A DNA stretch of 64,000 nucleotides, taken from a virus (lineage: Duplodnaviria > Caudoviricetes). The stretch covers positions 1 to 64,000 of IMG/VR virus record IMGVR_UViG_3300006145_000004. The stretch is one strand, 5' to 3'. Under the pieces are notes generated by a model, which saw nothing but the letters and a program-made list of their open reading frames with translations, had not been told where the DNA came from and searched no databases. Within the stretch, counting starts at the first letter, position 1. Each line of letters begins with the position of its first letter. The translations under genes and the position numbers were made by a program. This document shows, piece by piece, positions 42,101 to 50,252 of this stretch.

Positions 42101-42786
42101 AAAATGGTTTTTTGTCATTTACATTATACATATATGGCAAAAATTATGATAGGTTTATTAAAAATATAGGTTTTATAAGTAATGTAAAAGCAAAAAAATT
42201 TTTGAAATATTACGAGAAAGGATATTTAGACAATGATAGTTATACTATCCCATATATAACAAAAATTATAAGGAACATTATAAATGACAATCATTGGAAC
42301 ATTTCACATATTGATTCTAAATTATCTTCAATTTGTTCTAATGGACAAATTAGTTACATGATGTTGGGAAGATTTTTAAATTATTGTAAAATTAAAGGAT
42401 TTAATGACCAACGTATTGAATATTTGACTGACATTTATAATAACACAGATATTGAAAAAATAAATACTATAGAAGAGGTAACAAAACATACTTACTGTAT
42501 AGAAATGCCAATTTCCCATAAGTTTATACAAAATGGCATAAGAGGATGGAATTGTCAAGGTAGTGGTTTTACGTCTACTATTGTGGGAATGGACACAGGA
42601 AGTTACATAATGAATAATTCAGAGTTACTTTATACAGCAATAACCAGAGCGAAAAAATATTGTGTATTAGTTGGTAACAATTATGCTATTTCAAAGGCAA
42701 TTCAGACAAAAGAAGTAAAAACAAAGCAAACATTTTTAAGAGATATGTTGTTAGAAAATAGTTATAGATTGAAAGAAGTTGTATAG
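39100..42786 (+). CDS. RecD2-like SF1B helicase containing an intein
   Basis: GVGFKKAD, GLAGAGKT, IDEAT, GDVQQL, TIHK|CQG split, LYTAITRAK. Confidence 0.92.
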   Translation: MLVEEERIIKIEGTLDRIFYPKYVKKVDSGEFAIFRVFITKRLENCEDEIEDIKIKGNVCTLEYGTTYKIFAKLVETHEIYGNTYDLVYISKCIDISSKDKQKEFLKNVLNENLVEKLFDEYDDVIKLLEEKDIKSLMKIKGIGNQVALKMIDEYEESKDYSAIYMELGQLGLTHTFIKKLVDFYHSPDIVIDVVRNNPYDLVRVDGVGFKKADEVACKVGIGQYDICRIKGFLLHHLNEQGEAGKSYLNYQELMKALYDTLGFVPEEIINTTAKQMIENGDVVVLDNGSKIALKRFYDLEKNIMTELLRLQIGKIKIIEENSESDQESELHSDYIPKPFNIGNWNTVIKKVEEKQGFTFTEEQLSAIKLSLDNHVMALTGLAGAGKTSTANGICSLYDNYNILACALSGKASVRITEATGLPACTIHRALGYQNEKFIFNKENKLAVDIVLIDEATMINGTLFLSLLEAIPTGAKVIIMGDVQQLTPIGNCQVFADILDSNVLPVVKLTKPHRQALMSGIIPTSIKVANQEQIFANSFEGNKILGELKDMELDVTGNKESRIDSIISHFQTEMDKYHDIIEVQICVPMRLKGELSCYNLNTKIQDIYNPKFVDDNEIEILLEKKNEEVKKYHIRVGDKVLNTKNNYKCINADGDTTPVFNGNIGIVKEIEDNGYCTIDFVGIGEVIFSKADAKNLELAYACTIHKCITEDTWLYTSNGLMQLKDFNNNADEYESKKINTGVKVFNGEYMEIPENFYNAGISKCKKITTQRGYSLTATEDHRLDVLCENGMIECKHVSEISNKDYVVVQRGSNVYGNTVKLPSKMYVDENKLDIRVIKYKTPKYLTNEFARFLGYMVADGVICKSGLKYKKNHKSIVIDFENTVYEVFGYKSTREPQNVLLDRRMGGMYLSEINSVFIREFCKKVDGIQPNDKYVPKCILSAPKQYQIEFLRGVFENGTVCLKRGKFDHISFTAKEELLINQIQMMLLNIGIITTKYPRVQNGFLSFTLYIYGKNYDRFIKNIGFISNVKAKKFLKYYEKGYLDNDSYTIPYITKIIRNIINDNHWNISHIDSKLSSICSNGQISYMMLGRFLNYCKIKGFNDQRIEYLTDIYNNTDIEKINTIEEVTKHTYCIEMPISHKFIQNGIRGWNCQGSGFTSTIVGMDTGSYIMNNSELLYTAITRAKKYCVLVGNNYAISKAIQTKEVKTKQTFLRDMLLENSYRLKEVV
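41218..42552 (+). mobile_element. Intein (445 aa) with LAGLIDADG-type endonuclease
   Basis: starts CITEDT, TATEDH block B, FLGYMVADG, ends NGIRGWN before Cys. Confidence 0.9.
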
Positions 42787-42797
42787 GAGGATGATAA

Positions 42798-43322
42798 ATG
42801 GCAACCTTATATGAATTAACAGGAGAGTTTCTTTAACTTATGAATATGCTAGAGGACGAAGAGTGTGATGAGCAGTGTATCATGGATACATTGGAATCTG
42901 TAGAATATGAAATTGAGGATAAAGCAGATGGATATGCCAAGATTATCAAATCGTTAGAATCTAATGTGAATGGATTATCAAAAGAAGCTGATAGACTAAC
43001 AGCACGAAAGAAGATATATGAAAATAGAATTAAATGGTTGAAACAGAATCTTGAAATGTCCATGAGAGCTATTGGAAAGAGAAAATTCACAACAAATTTA
43101 TTTTCATTCAATATTCAAAAGAATGGTGGAAAAAGAAAACTTGTAGTTGATGTAGATGTAGAAAAAGTACCAGAACAATATAGAATTAAGCAGCCAGATG
43201 CTATTGATGGAGAAGCTATCAGAGAATATTTAAAAGAAAATGGTTTTGAGGGACATGACGGATCACTTAATTGTGAATTTGCACATTTAGAGCCATAGGG
43301 AGAGAGTTTAAGGATTAGATAG
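42798..43322 (+). pseudogene. Siphovirus Gp157-like gene with two in-frame stops
   Basis: MATLYELTGEFL*LMNML...IEDKADGY...HLEP*GESLRIR. Confidence 0.75.
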
Positions 43323-43335
43323 CATAAAAATAGTC

Positions 43336-43367
43336 TATATATAGCGGATTTAAAACCGCTATATATA
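43336..43367. terminator. Hairpin between convergent genes
   Basis: TATATATAGCGG-8-CCGCTATATATA. Confidence 0.65.
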
Positions 43368-43437
43368 AACGGATACAGTAATGAAATGGGACCCTTATCA
43401 ATAAGTTATAGTTACAAATATTTTAAATTTAAAGGTT

Positions 43438-43671
43438 TTAATAACGAAGATGTCTTGCCGCTTCATTAAGAGTTTTACCAACATTAGTAGCACAATGAGG
43501 AGCTAATTCTTGCATCGCTTGAGCAGCTTGTTGTATATTTTCTTGCTCCAATAAACGTAGGATATCAGCAGCAGCTCCTGGATGTGAAGCATAAGCGGCC
43601 CTTGCAGCTTTAATAGCTTCTGGAATAGCTTTTATACCAAGAAAAGAAATAACAGTGATAATAGGTAACAT
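43438..43671 (-). CDS. Small hypothetical protein
   Basis: AAAGGAG RBS. Confidence 0.5.
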   Translation of the reverse strand: MLPIITVISFLGIKAIPEAIKAARAAYASHPGAAADILRLLEQENIQQAAQAMQELAPHCATNVGKTLNEAARHLRY

Positions 43672-43865
43672 AAAGATTCTCCTTTCTTTAAAATAAATTA
43701 AGTTTATCGATTTTTACATATTGTAATCTATATCGGATAAATTAAAAATTACTTAAGAAAAAAAAGAAATAAGAATAATATAAATATTTTCAAATTTAAT
43801 ATAGTTTAGAAAAGTATAACAAAGAAACTACTTTTAATTGTAGAAAAGAAAAGGAGTCCAAACAC

Positions 43866-44273
43866 ATGAGTTTAATAGGATATGCATTAAGAATGGCAAA
43901 ACAATATTATGAGCCGAAGACATACGCTCATGCACTTAGAGTAGCTGCTCATATAGCAGATAATAGTATGATTCCAGATGATAAAATGGATTTATGTATC
44001 TCATTAGGGATAATGCATGATTTAATTAAGGATACTTTATATCCACAATTTAATAATATACCTGTTATGTTACAACAAGGGTTGAGAAATATTACAAAAT
44101 CCCAAGATGAAAATTATATTGATTACATAAAAAACATTGCAAAAAATAAAAATCAATGCCCTGAAGCATACTGGGTAAAATTAGCAGATATAAAAGATCA
44201 TCTTATTCAAACTAAAACATTAACAGATGAGTTAAAAGAAAAATATTTACTAGCATTACCATATTTATTGTAA
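43866..44273 (+). CDS. HD-domain protein, small alarmone hydrolase-like
   Basis: AHALRVA, MHDLIKDT, VKLADIKDHL. Confidence 0.7.
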   Translation: MSLIGYALRMAKQYYEPKTYAHALRVAAHIADNSMIPDDKMDLCISLGIMHDLIKDTLYPQFNNIPVMLQQGLRNITKSQDENYIDYIKNIAKNKNQCPEAYWVKLADIKDHLIQTKTLTDELKEKYLLALPYLL

Positions 44274-44427
44274 TACTTAAATCAATTCTTTTATTTGAGG
44301 AAAAATTAAGATGTATAATATTGTAATTACAAAATGTATGAAAATAAAGCATTAAAGAAGATATTAGAAATAGAGAATTTATATAAAAATGCTTCAACTA
44401 TTCTATAAAATAATTGAAGCACTATAA

Positions 44428-45207
44428 TTAAGGCGCTAACTGTTGAAATATATTATTAAATGTATCCAGTGAAGTATCAAGAATATCAGTTGTATTTGTT
44501 ACTTCAATAGTTATGAAATCTTCTGGTTTATGAGCTTCATATACACCAGCACTATTTTCAATAGAAGCATATATAGTCCAAGTACCACATTCTCCATAAA
44601 AATGATATAAATTATTTTCATCATCATTAGGAGTATATATCTTTCCAGAAGGAGATTTACCATAGATTTGAATATTAGTAATATCCTTATCATATGGAGT
44701 AACATAAACAAAGGCATAGGAATCTATAGATAGTTAGTGAACTGATATTGTATACCCAATAGGAGGTGATTTAACGATAATATTACATTCCGCAATTTCA
44801 GTACTGTTGTTTTTAGAAGCTTGAGCAATAATAGTTGCGTTTCCATCAGCTAATGCAGTAACTGTTCCATTTTGATCAACAGTAGCAACAGAATTATTAC
44901 TTGAACTCCAAAGTACATTACTATTTGTGGAATTATTAGAATACAATACTGTTGCAATTAAAGTATGTGTATCATTAATATGCATATTTAATATTTCTTC
45001 ACTAAGAGTTACTTTAGTTATTATAATAGATTTTTGTTTGTATATATAGAAACATACTACTAAAGTACAACATATACATGCAAAGGCTAGGATACATATA
45101 TTACAAAAAGTTTTATTTTTAAATTTATCAAGTAATTTTTTAATATCAATGCTGATACCAAATATAGAAAAAATATTTGCTATAATACCTATTATTGTTT
45201 CTATCAA
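44428..45207 (-). pseudogene. Membrane-anchored Ig-like (Big_2) protein with in-frame TAA at 44734-44736
   Basis: WSSSNNSVATVDQNGTVTA; frame stays open ~100 codons past the stop. Confidence 0.7.
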
Positions 45208-45280
45208 ATTATCACCACCTATTAAATTTAATTCTAACACATTATCAATAAACTGTAAATGGTTAAAAAGGAGAACATAG

Positions 45281-46576
45281 TTGAAAGAAGTAATTAAATT
45301 ATTTAGACAGATTCAGAAAACAAGTAGTTTAAATGATAAGAAGTTAATTATTATTCAGAATAAAGATAATGGACTATTCAAAAAATGCCTTCGTTTTTTA
45401 CTAGATAAAAATATTGTAACAGGGATTAGTAGTCCCAGACTTAATAGAATCAATAGGGATACACTAAAAGATAAAGCGACACAAAAGCTAAATTCTTTTG
45501 AAAAAGTAATAGATTATCTTGCGTATCATAATACTGGTAGAGATGAGGATATTGCAAATGTAAAAAGTTTTATTTATGACAATTATGATAACAATAATGA
45601 GTTTATATTTTACATTCTGATGATTACAAAAAAATATAGGCTTGGTGTAGATGCAAAATTTGTAAATAAATGTATTCCTGGATTAATTCCTACATGGGAA
45701 GTACAACAGGCATATCCATTATCTGATAAGAATGAACCCAAGGAAGGTGACTGGTTTGCACTATCTCAAAAATTGAATGGTAGCAATAATGGTATTTTAG
45801 ATGGAAAATGTATTAGTAGACAAGGCAAAGAATTTTCTGGATTAACACATATCCTTTCAGATATTAACAAGATATCACTCAAAAATATGTTTTTTAATGG
45901 GGAGCTGATTAGGAAAAATATAGATAATGTTTCAGATACTGAGAACTTTCAGATTGGAACAGGAATTATAAATTCAGATGATACAGATAAATCTTGTATT
46001 AAATTTGTGATTTATGAAATGTTTCCAAGAGAAGAATTCATTAAAGGTGAAAGTAAACTTACATATAAACAAAGAAGAGAAAAATATCTTAATCCATTAT
46101 CAAAAGAGATTTCTAAATTAGGTTTAGAGAATATAGAGGTAGTACCACTTGTATATGAAGGAACTGACAGATCTAAAATTCAAGAGTTTTTAACTAAGGC
46201 TGATTCAAATGGCTGGGAAGGGCTTATGCTCAATAAAGATACTAAATGGAAAAATAAAAGAAATAATGGAATTTTAAAAGTAAAATCTTTTAAACATGCA
46301 GATATTCTTTGTATAGATATTCTTGAAGGAAAAGGAAAGTACAAAGGCACTTTAGGCTTAATTAAATGTAATTATAAAGGATATGAATTAGGTGTTGGTT
46401 CTGGATTTACAGATGAACAAAGACATTATTATTGGAATCATAGACAAGATATCATTGGAAAAATTATTCAGATTAAATATAAAAGTGAAACAAAAAATAA
46501 ACAAGGAGGTATATCAGTACAATTTCCTATTTTTCAGACAGTTAGAAAGGATAAAACAGAACCAAGTTATAACTAA
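45281..46576 (+). CDS. ATP-dependent DNA ligase
   Basis: QKLNG, NGEL, WEGLML, LKVK, GSGFTDEQR, FPIF..VRKDK. Confidence 0.88.
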   Translation: MKEVIKLFRQIQKTSSLNDKKLIIIQNKDNGLFKKCLRFLLDKNIVTGISSPRLNRINRDTLKDKATQKLNSFEKVIDYLAYHNTGRDEDIANVKSFIYDNYDNNNEFIFYILMITKKYRLGVDAKFVNKCIPGLIPTWEVQQAYPLSDKNEPKEGDWFALSQKLNGSNNGILDGKCISRQGKEFSGLTHILSDINKISLKNMFFNGELIRKNIDNVSDTENFQIGTGIINSDDTDKSCIKFVIYEMFPREEFIKGESKLTYKQRREKYLNPLSKEISKLGLENIEVVPLVYEGTDRSKIQEFLTKADSNGWEGLMLNKDTKWKNKRNNGILKVKSFKHADILCIDILEGKGKYKGTLGLIKCNYKGYELGVGSGFTDEQRHYYWNHRQDIIGKIIQIKYKSETKNKQGGISVQFPIFQTVRKDKTEPSYN

Positions 46577-46651
46577 AGGAAAAAATAGAAATAAAAATTT
46601 TATAAAAAATGTTTAATATTTTAGAAAGGAATATTTCAATATATAGAAAAT

Positions 46652-47344
46652 ATGGGAAAGATTACTATTTTAGATGAAACGACAAAATATCCAATTACTT
46701 TAATTGGAAAGAGAGCAGGTATATGTTGGGGATCAGATATTACAGATGATAAGAAAAATTATAAACGTGGAATAAATTGTATTACATCTAATCATGGAAG
46801 AACTCTTGAATATGTAAATGTAGAAATGATTATTGATGGATATTCTGCTAGAGTTATTCGTGAATGGTATACTCATCTTGGTGGTTCACCTACACGCTTA
46901 CAGGCAAGCACAAGATATATAGATTATGAGCATGGCTTTAATTATGTCGTTCCTGAAAGTATTAGAAATAATGAAAAAAGATATGAAATTTATACAGAAG
47001 CAATTCATCAAATTAATAAAGCTCTTGTAAAGTTAGAAGATATTGGGACACCTAGAGAAGATTCAGCATTATTACTTCCATTAGGAATGAGTACTAAAAT
47101 TGTTGATAAAAGGAATCTTCGTAATCTTGTGGACATGTCACATCAACGTATGTGCAGTAGGGCATATCATGAATATAGAAGATTATTTATAGATATTTGT
47201 AGCGAATTATATAAAGTTTCGCAAGAGTGGGAATGGATTGTAGATAATTTGTTTTCACCAGCATGTGGTCAACTGGGGTATTGCCCAGAGAAAAAGTCTT
47301 GTGGGAGAGCTTTGAAAAACTTTTTTAAATACATGGAGGAATAA
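46652..47344 (+). CDS. thyX: Flavin-dependent thymidylate synthase
   Basis: HGRTLEY, QASTRY, REDSALLLP, RMCSRA. Confidence 0.8.
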   Translation: MGKITILDETTKYPITLIGKRAGICWGSDITDDKKNYKRGINCITSNHGRTLEYVNVEMIIDGYSARVIREWYTHLGGSPTRLQASTRYIDYEHGFNYVVPESIRNNEKRYEIYTEAIHQINKALVKLEDIGTPREDSALLLPLGMSTKIVDKRNLRNLVDMSHQRMCSRAYHEYRRLFIDICSELYKVSQEWEWIVDNLFSPACGQLGYCPEKKSCGRALKNFFKYMEE

Positions 47345-47347
47345 ATA

Positions 47348-47893
47348 TTGATCTGTTTAGTGGGTAAAATATGTAGTGGTAAGAATACATTACAAAAACA
47401 ACTTATTAAAATGGGCATGAATTCAGTTGTAAGTTATACAACTAGACCACCAAGGACAGGAGAAGAACAAGATATAGCATATCATTTCATTACAAAAGAG
47501 GATTTCTTTAAAAAAGAACAACAAGGATTTTTTGCTGAAACAACTTCTTATAATGTAGCTACAGGAGATGTATGGTATTACGGAAGTGCAGCAGAAGATT
47601 TAACAGATGATAAAGTAATTATAGTAAATCCAGAAGGATTAAAGAAACTTAAAAAAATTGATTCTTTAAATCCAATTGCATTTTACTTAATGGCAGATGA
47701 AGAAACTATTTGGAATAGATTAAGAAAACGTGGAGATAACTCATGTGAGGCAAGAAGACGTTTAAACGCAGATGATGAAGATTTTGTTGGAATTGATAAA
47801 TATATCGATTATGCTATTAGAAATGACTATGGAACTTCATCAGAGGTACTTGCAGAAATAATTTTAAATATTTATAGAAAAGTTAAGAGGTGA
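47348..47893 (+). CDS. gmk: Guanylate kinase-like
   Basis: GKICSGK, YTTRPPR.GE, YHFI, WYYG. Confidence 0.85.
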   Translation: MICLVGKICSGKNTLQKQLIKMGMNSVVSYTTRPPRTGEEQDIAYHFITKEDFFKKEQQGFFAETTSYNVATGDVWYYGSAAEDLTDDKVIIVNPEGLKKLKKIDSLNPIAFYLMADEETIWNRLRKRGDNSCEARRRLNADDEDFVGIDKYIDYAIRNDYGTSSEVLAEIILNIYRKVKR

Positions 47894-47974
47894 TACTAAT
47901 GTTTAACTTTATATTTGGTCTTTTAACTGGATCAATCATAGGAATATTTATCATATCTCTTTGTCAAGCAAATA

Positions 47975-48442
47975 ATGACAATATTAAAGGAGATGATACA
48001 GATCAATAAAAAATTTTACCTTTGTGGTGGTATGGCTTTATTTGGAAAAGAAAACTTTTCAGAAGGAAATGAATGGCGAGTTGACATAAAGAGTCAGATT
48101 GAAGATATTAGTAATGGAAAAGTAAGCTGTTATAATCCAAATGACCATTTTAATTTTTTAGATAATACTGGATATACAAGTCAGCATGAAATACTGGAAT
48201 ATGATTTATACAGGATACGTAATTCTGATTTAATTGTTGTTAATTTTAATGATCCTAAAAGTATAGGTTCTGCTTGTGAGATAGCTATTGCCTATGATAG
48301 AAGAATTCCAATTATAGCATTGTGTGAACATGGTGAAGAAAATATCCTTCATCCATGGTTAAAAGAATTTTGTAATCGTATTTTTACAAATAGAGAAGAA
48401 CTAATTATCTATATAACTCAACACTATATAAATCAAGATTAA
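47975..48442 (+). CDS. Nucleoside 2-deoxyribosyltransferase-like
   Basis: YLCGGM, YNP, DL..IRNSD, SIGSACEIAIA. Confidence 0.75.
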   Translation: MTILKEMIQINKKFYLCGGMALFGKENFSEGNEWRVDIKSQIEDISNGKVSCYNPNDHFNFLDNTGYTSQHEILEYDLYRIRNSDLIVVNFNDPKSIGSACEIAIAYDRRIPIIALCEHGEENILHPWLKEFCNRIFTNREELIIYITQHYINQD

Positions 48443-48466
48443 AATTAAAAAGGAGATATTAAATCT

Positions 48467-48907
48467 ATGAGAGAGAAGAACTATATTGTAAATCCTGAAA
48501 AAAAGATTGTTGTAGCAATATTAAAAGCTAATACTGATAGTGTAGATGATATGAAAGGTATTGCAGATGAAGTTATTAGGGAGTGTTCAAGAACTACGAT
48601 TTATGCAATACTTGAGTTAATAGAAAAAGCTGGTGATTTTCATATGTCGAATTTAGATATTCCATATGAAGTATTATACAAAGGAATTGCAAAATGTGAT
48701 GAGCATGATGAATTTACTGAAGAAATTGGGAAAAAGATTGCCGGAAATAAAGCAGAAATGAAATATCATATTGCTATGGCAAAAAAATATAAAGTACTTG
48801 TATCGCTTATTGAAAAGGCTTATGAGGAATTATATGTCTTAGAATGTAAACATGCAAATAAGGCTTTAAAAATTAACAACAATATTAAAAAATATACTGA
48901 AAGATAA
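48467..48907 (+). CDS. Hypothetical phage protein
   Basis: GIAKCDEHDEFTEEIGKKIA. Confidence 0.6.
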   Translation: MREKNYIVNPEKKIVVAILKANTDSVDDMKGIADEVIRECSRTTIYAILELIEKAGDFHMSNLDIPYEVLYKGIAKCDEHDEFTEEIGKKIAGNKAEMKYHIAMAKKYKVLVSLIEKAYEELYVLECKHANKALKINNNIKKYTER

Positions 48908-48982
48908 TTGTAATATATGTAAGTATTACTGAAGTAAATACTAAAATCTCATTTTTAACAGTAAAGTAAAAATACATAATGA

Positions 48983-49035
48983 AAGGGGAACAGAACTCTG
49001 GCCAGAGTGATGACATGTCAGTTCTCTCTTAAAAG
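48983..49035 (+). promoter_or_regulatory. Twin-palindrome leader, copy 7
   Basis: AAGGGG...ACTCTGGCCAGAGT-GA-TGACATGTCA-GTTCTCTCTT...ATG. Confidence 0.75.
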
Positions 49036-49803
49036 ATGGAGTCAATTAAAAACTATGATGTTTATATAAATGGAATGAGAAAATCTTTAAAAGATAAATT
49101 ATTTTTTATGAATATGACTGAAGCTGTTGATACCCTGATAGATTTTGGATGTGCGGATGGGGAATTATTAAAAGAAGTACATCAAAAATTTCCACAGTAT
49201 AGATTGATTGGAATAGATTCTGATCGAGTTATGTTGGAAAGAGCAACAAATAAGGTTTCAAACCTTTTAATAATAAAACAAAGAGGATTACCAAAACTTT
49301 CGATAGAATTAGCTCAAAATGCTATTTTAAATATGAGTAGTATAATTCATGAAATTTATACATATTCCAATAAATACGAAATTTCAGATTTCTGGCATAA
49401 TGTATTTAATACTGGATATAAATATATTTCAATTCGTGATTTGATGATGGGCAAAAAGTCCTATAGATTTGCTCAACAATTAGAAATTGAAGCTATTAAA
49501 CAGAAAATAGATAAAATCCAATTAGAAGATTTTATAAAGCAGTGGGGTGATATAAAAACTGAAAGTTCTCTTATTCATCTTCTTTTAAAATATAGATATA
49601 AAGAAAATTGGGAAAGAGAAGTGAAAGAGAATTATTTTCCAATTACTGTTGAGGAGTTTTTGAGTATCATTCCAACCAATCAATATAAAATTATCTATTT
49701 TGATCATTATATGCTACCATTTAATAAAGAACAAATATGGAAAGATTTCGGAATTAAATTAAAGGATAATACACATATGAAAATTTTACTTGAAAGAATA
49801 TAG
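49036..49803 (+). CDS. Class I SAM-dependent methyltransferase
   Basis: LIDFGCADG, LIGID, SSIIHEIY. Confidence 0.8.
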   Translation: MESIKNYDVYINGMRKSLKDKLFFMNMTEAVDTLIDFGCADGELLKEVHQKFPQYRLIGIDSDRVMLERATNKVSNLLIIKQRGLPKLSIELAQNAILNMSSIIHEIYTYSNKYEISDFWHNVFNTGYKYISIRDLMMGKKSYRFAQQLEIEAIKQKIDKIQLEDFIKQWGDIKTESSLIHLLLKYRYKENWEREVKENYFPITVEEFLSIIPTNQYKIIYFDHYMLPFNKEQIWKDFGIKLKDNTHMKILLERI

Positions 49804-49860
49804 ACAAAAAAGTTTCTATTTTGACATAATTCAAAATAACAAAATGGAGAATATTAAAGT

Positions 49861-50091
49861 ATGAAGATACAATTAAATACAATAGCTAACGCAAATAATT
49901 TTGTATCAATATGCAGTAAATATTATAATGCTGATATTGATGTAAAACAGGGAAAACAAATAACAAGTGGTAAAAGTATACTTGGTATATATAGTTTAGA
50001 TTTATTAAATGCCATATTTGTTACAATATGTACAGATAATATGAAAATGGTAAGAGAATTCTATTCTAAAATTCATGAGTGGGAAGTATGA
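49861..50091 (+). CDS. HPr-like protein
   Basis: FVSICSKY..DIDV...SGKSILGIYSL; no His15 equivalent. Confidence 0.65.
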   Translation: MKIQLNTIANANNFVSICSKYYNADIDVKQGKQITSGKSILGIYSLDLLNAIFVTICTDNMKMVREFYSKIHEWEV

Positions 50092-50252
50092 CTATTACAT
50101 AAAATGCCTGTTTCATTGGGGTAAAAGTAGGTGGTAAAGAGTGAAAATTAGTTTATTTGATGGATATTTTGAGTTTGATTGGAAAGCACTTATAGGTATT
50201 GGACTTATAGTTTTAGGATATGCAATTATTAATATGTAAGGAGGAATAATTA

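Noticed and set aside
45281-46576. Inactive ligase because motifs read KLNG and NGEL
   Set aside because: Catalytic Lys and the other motifs are intact; cannot call inactivity from this.
46622-46654. thyX leader as another twin-palindrome copy
   Set aside because: Distant SD and AT-only hairpin, but wrong spacing; AT palindromes are expected by chance.
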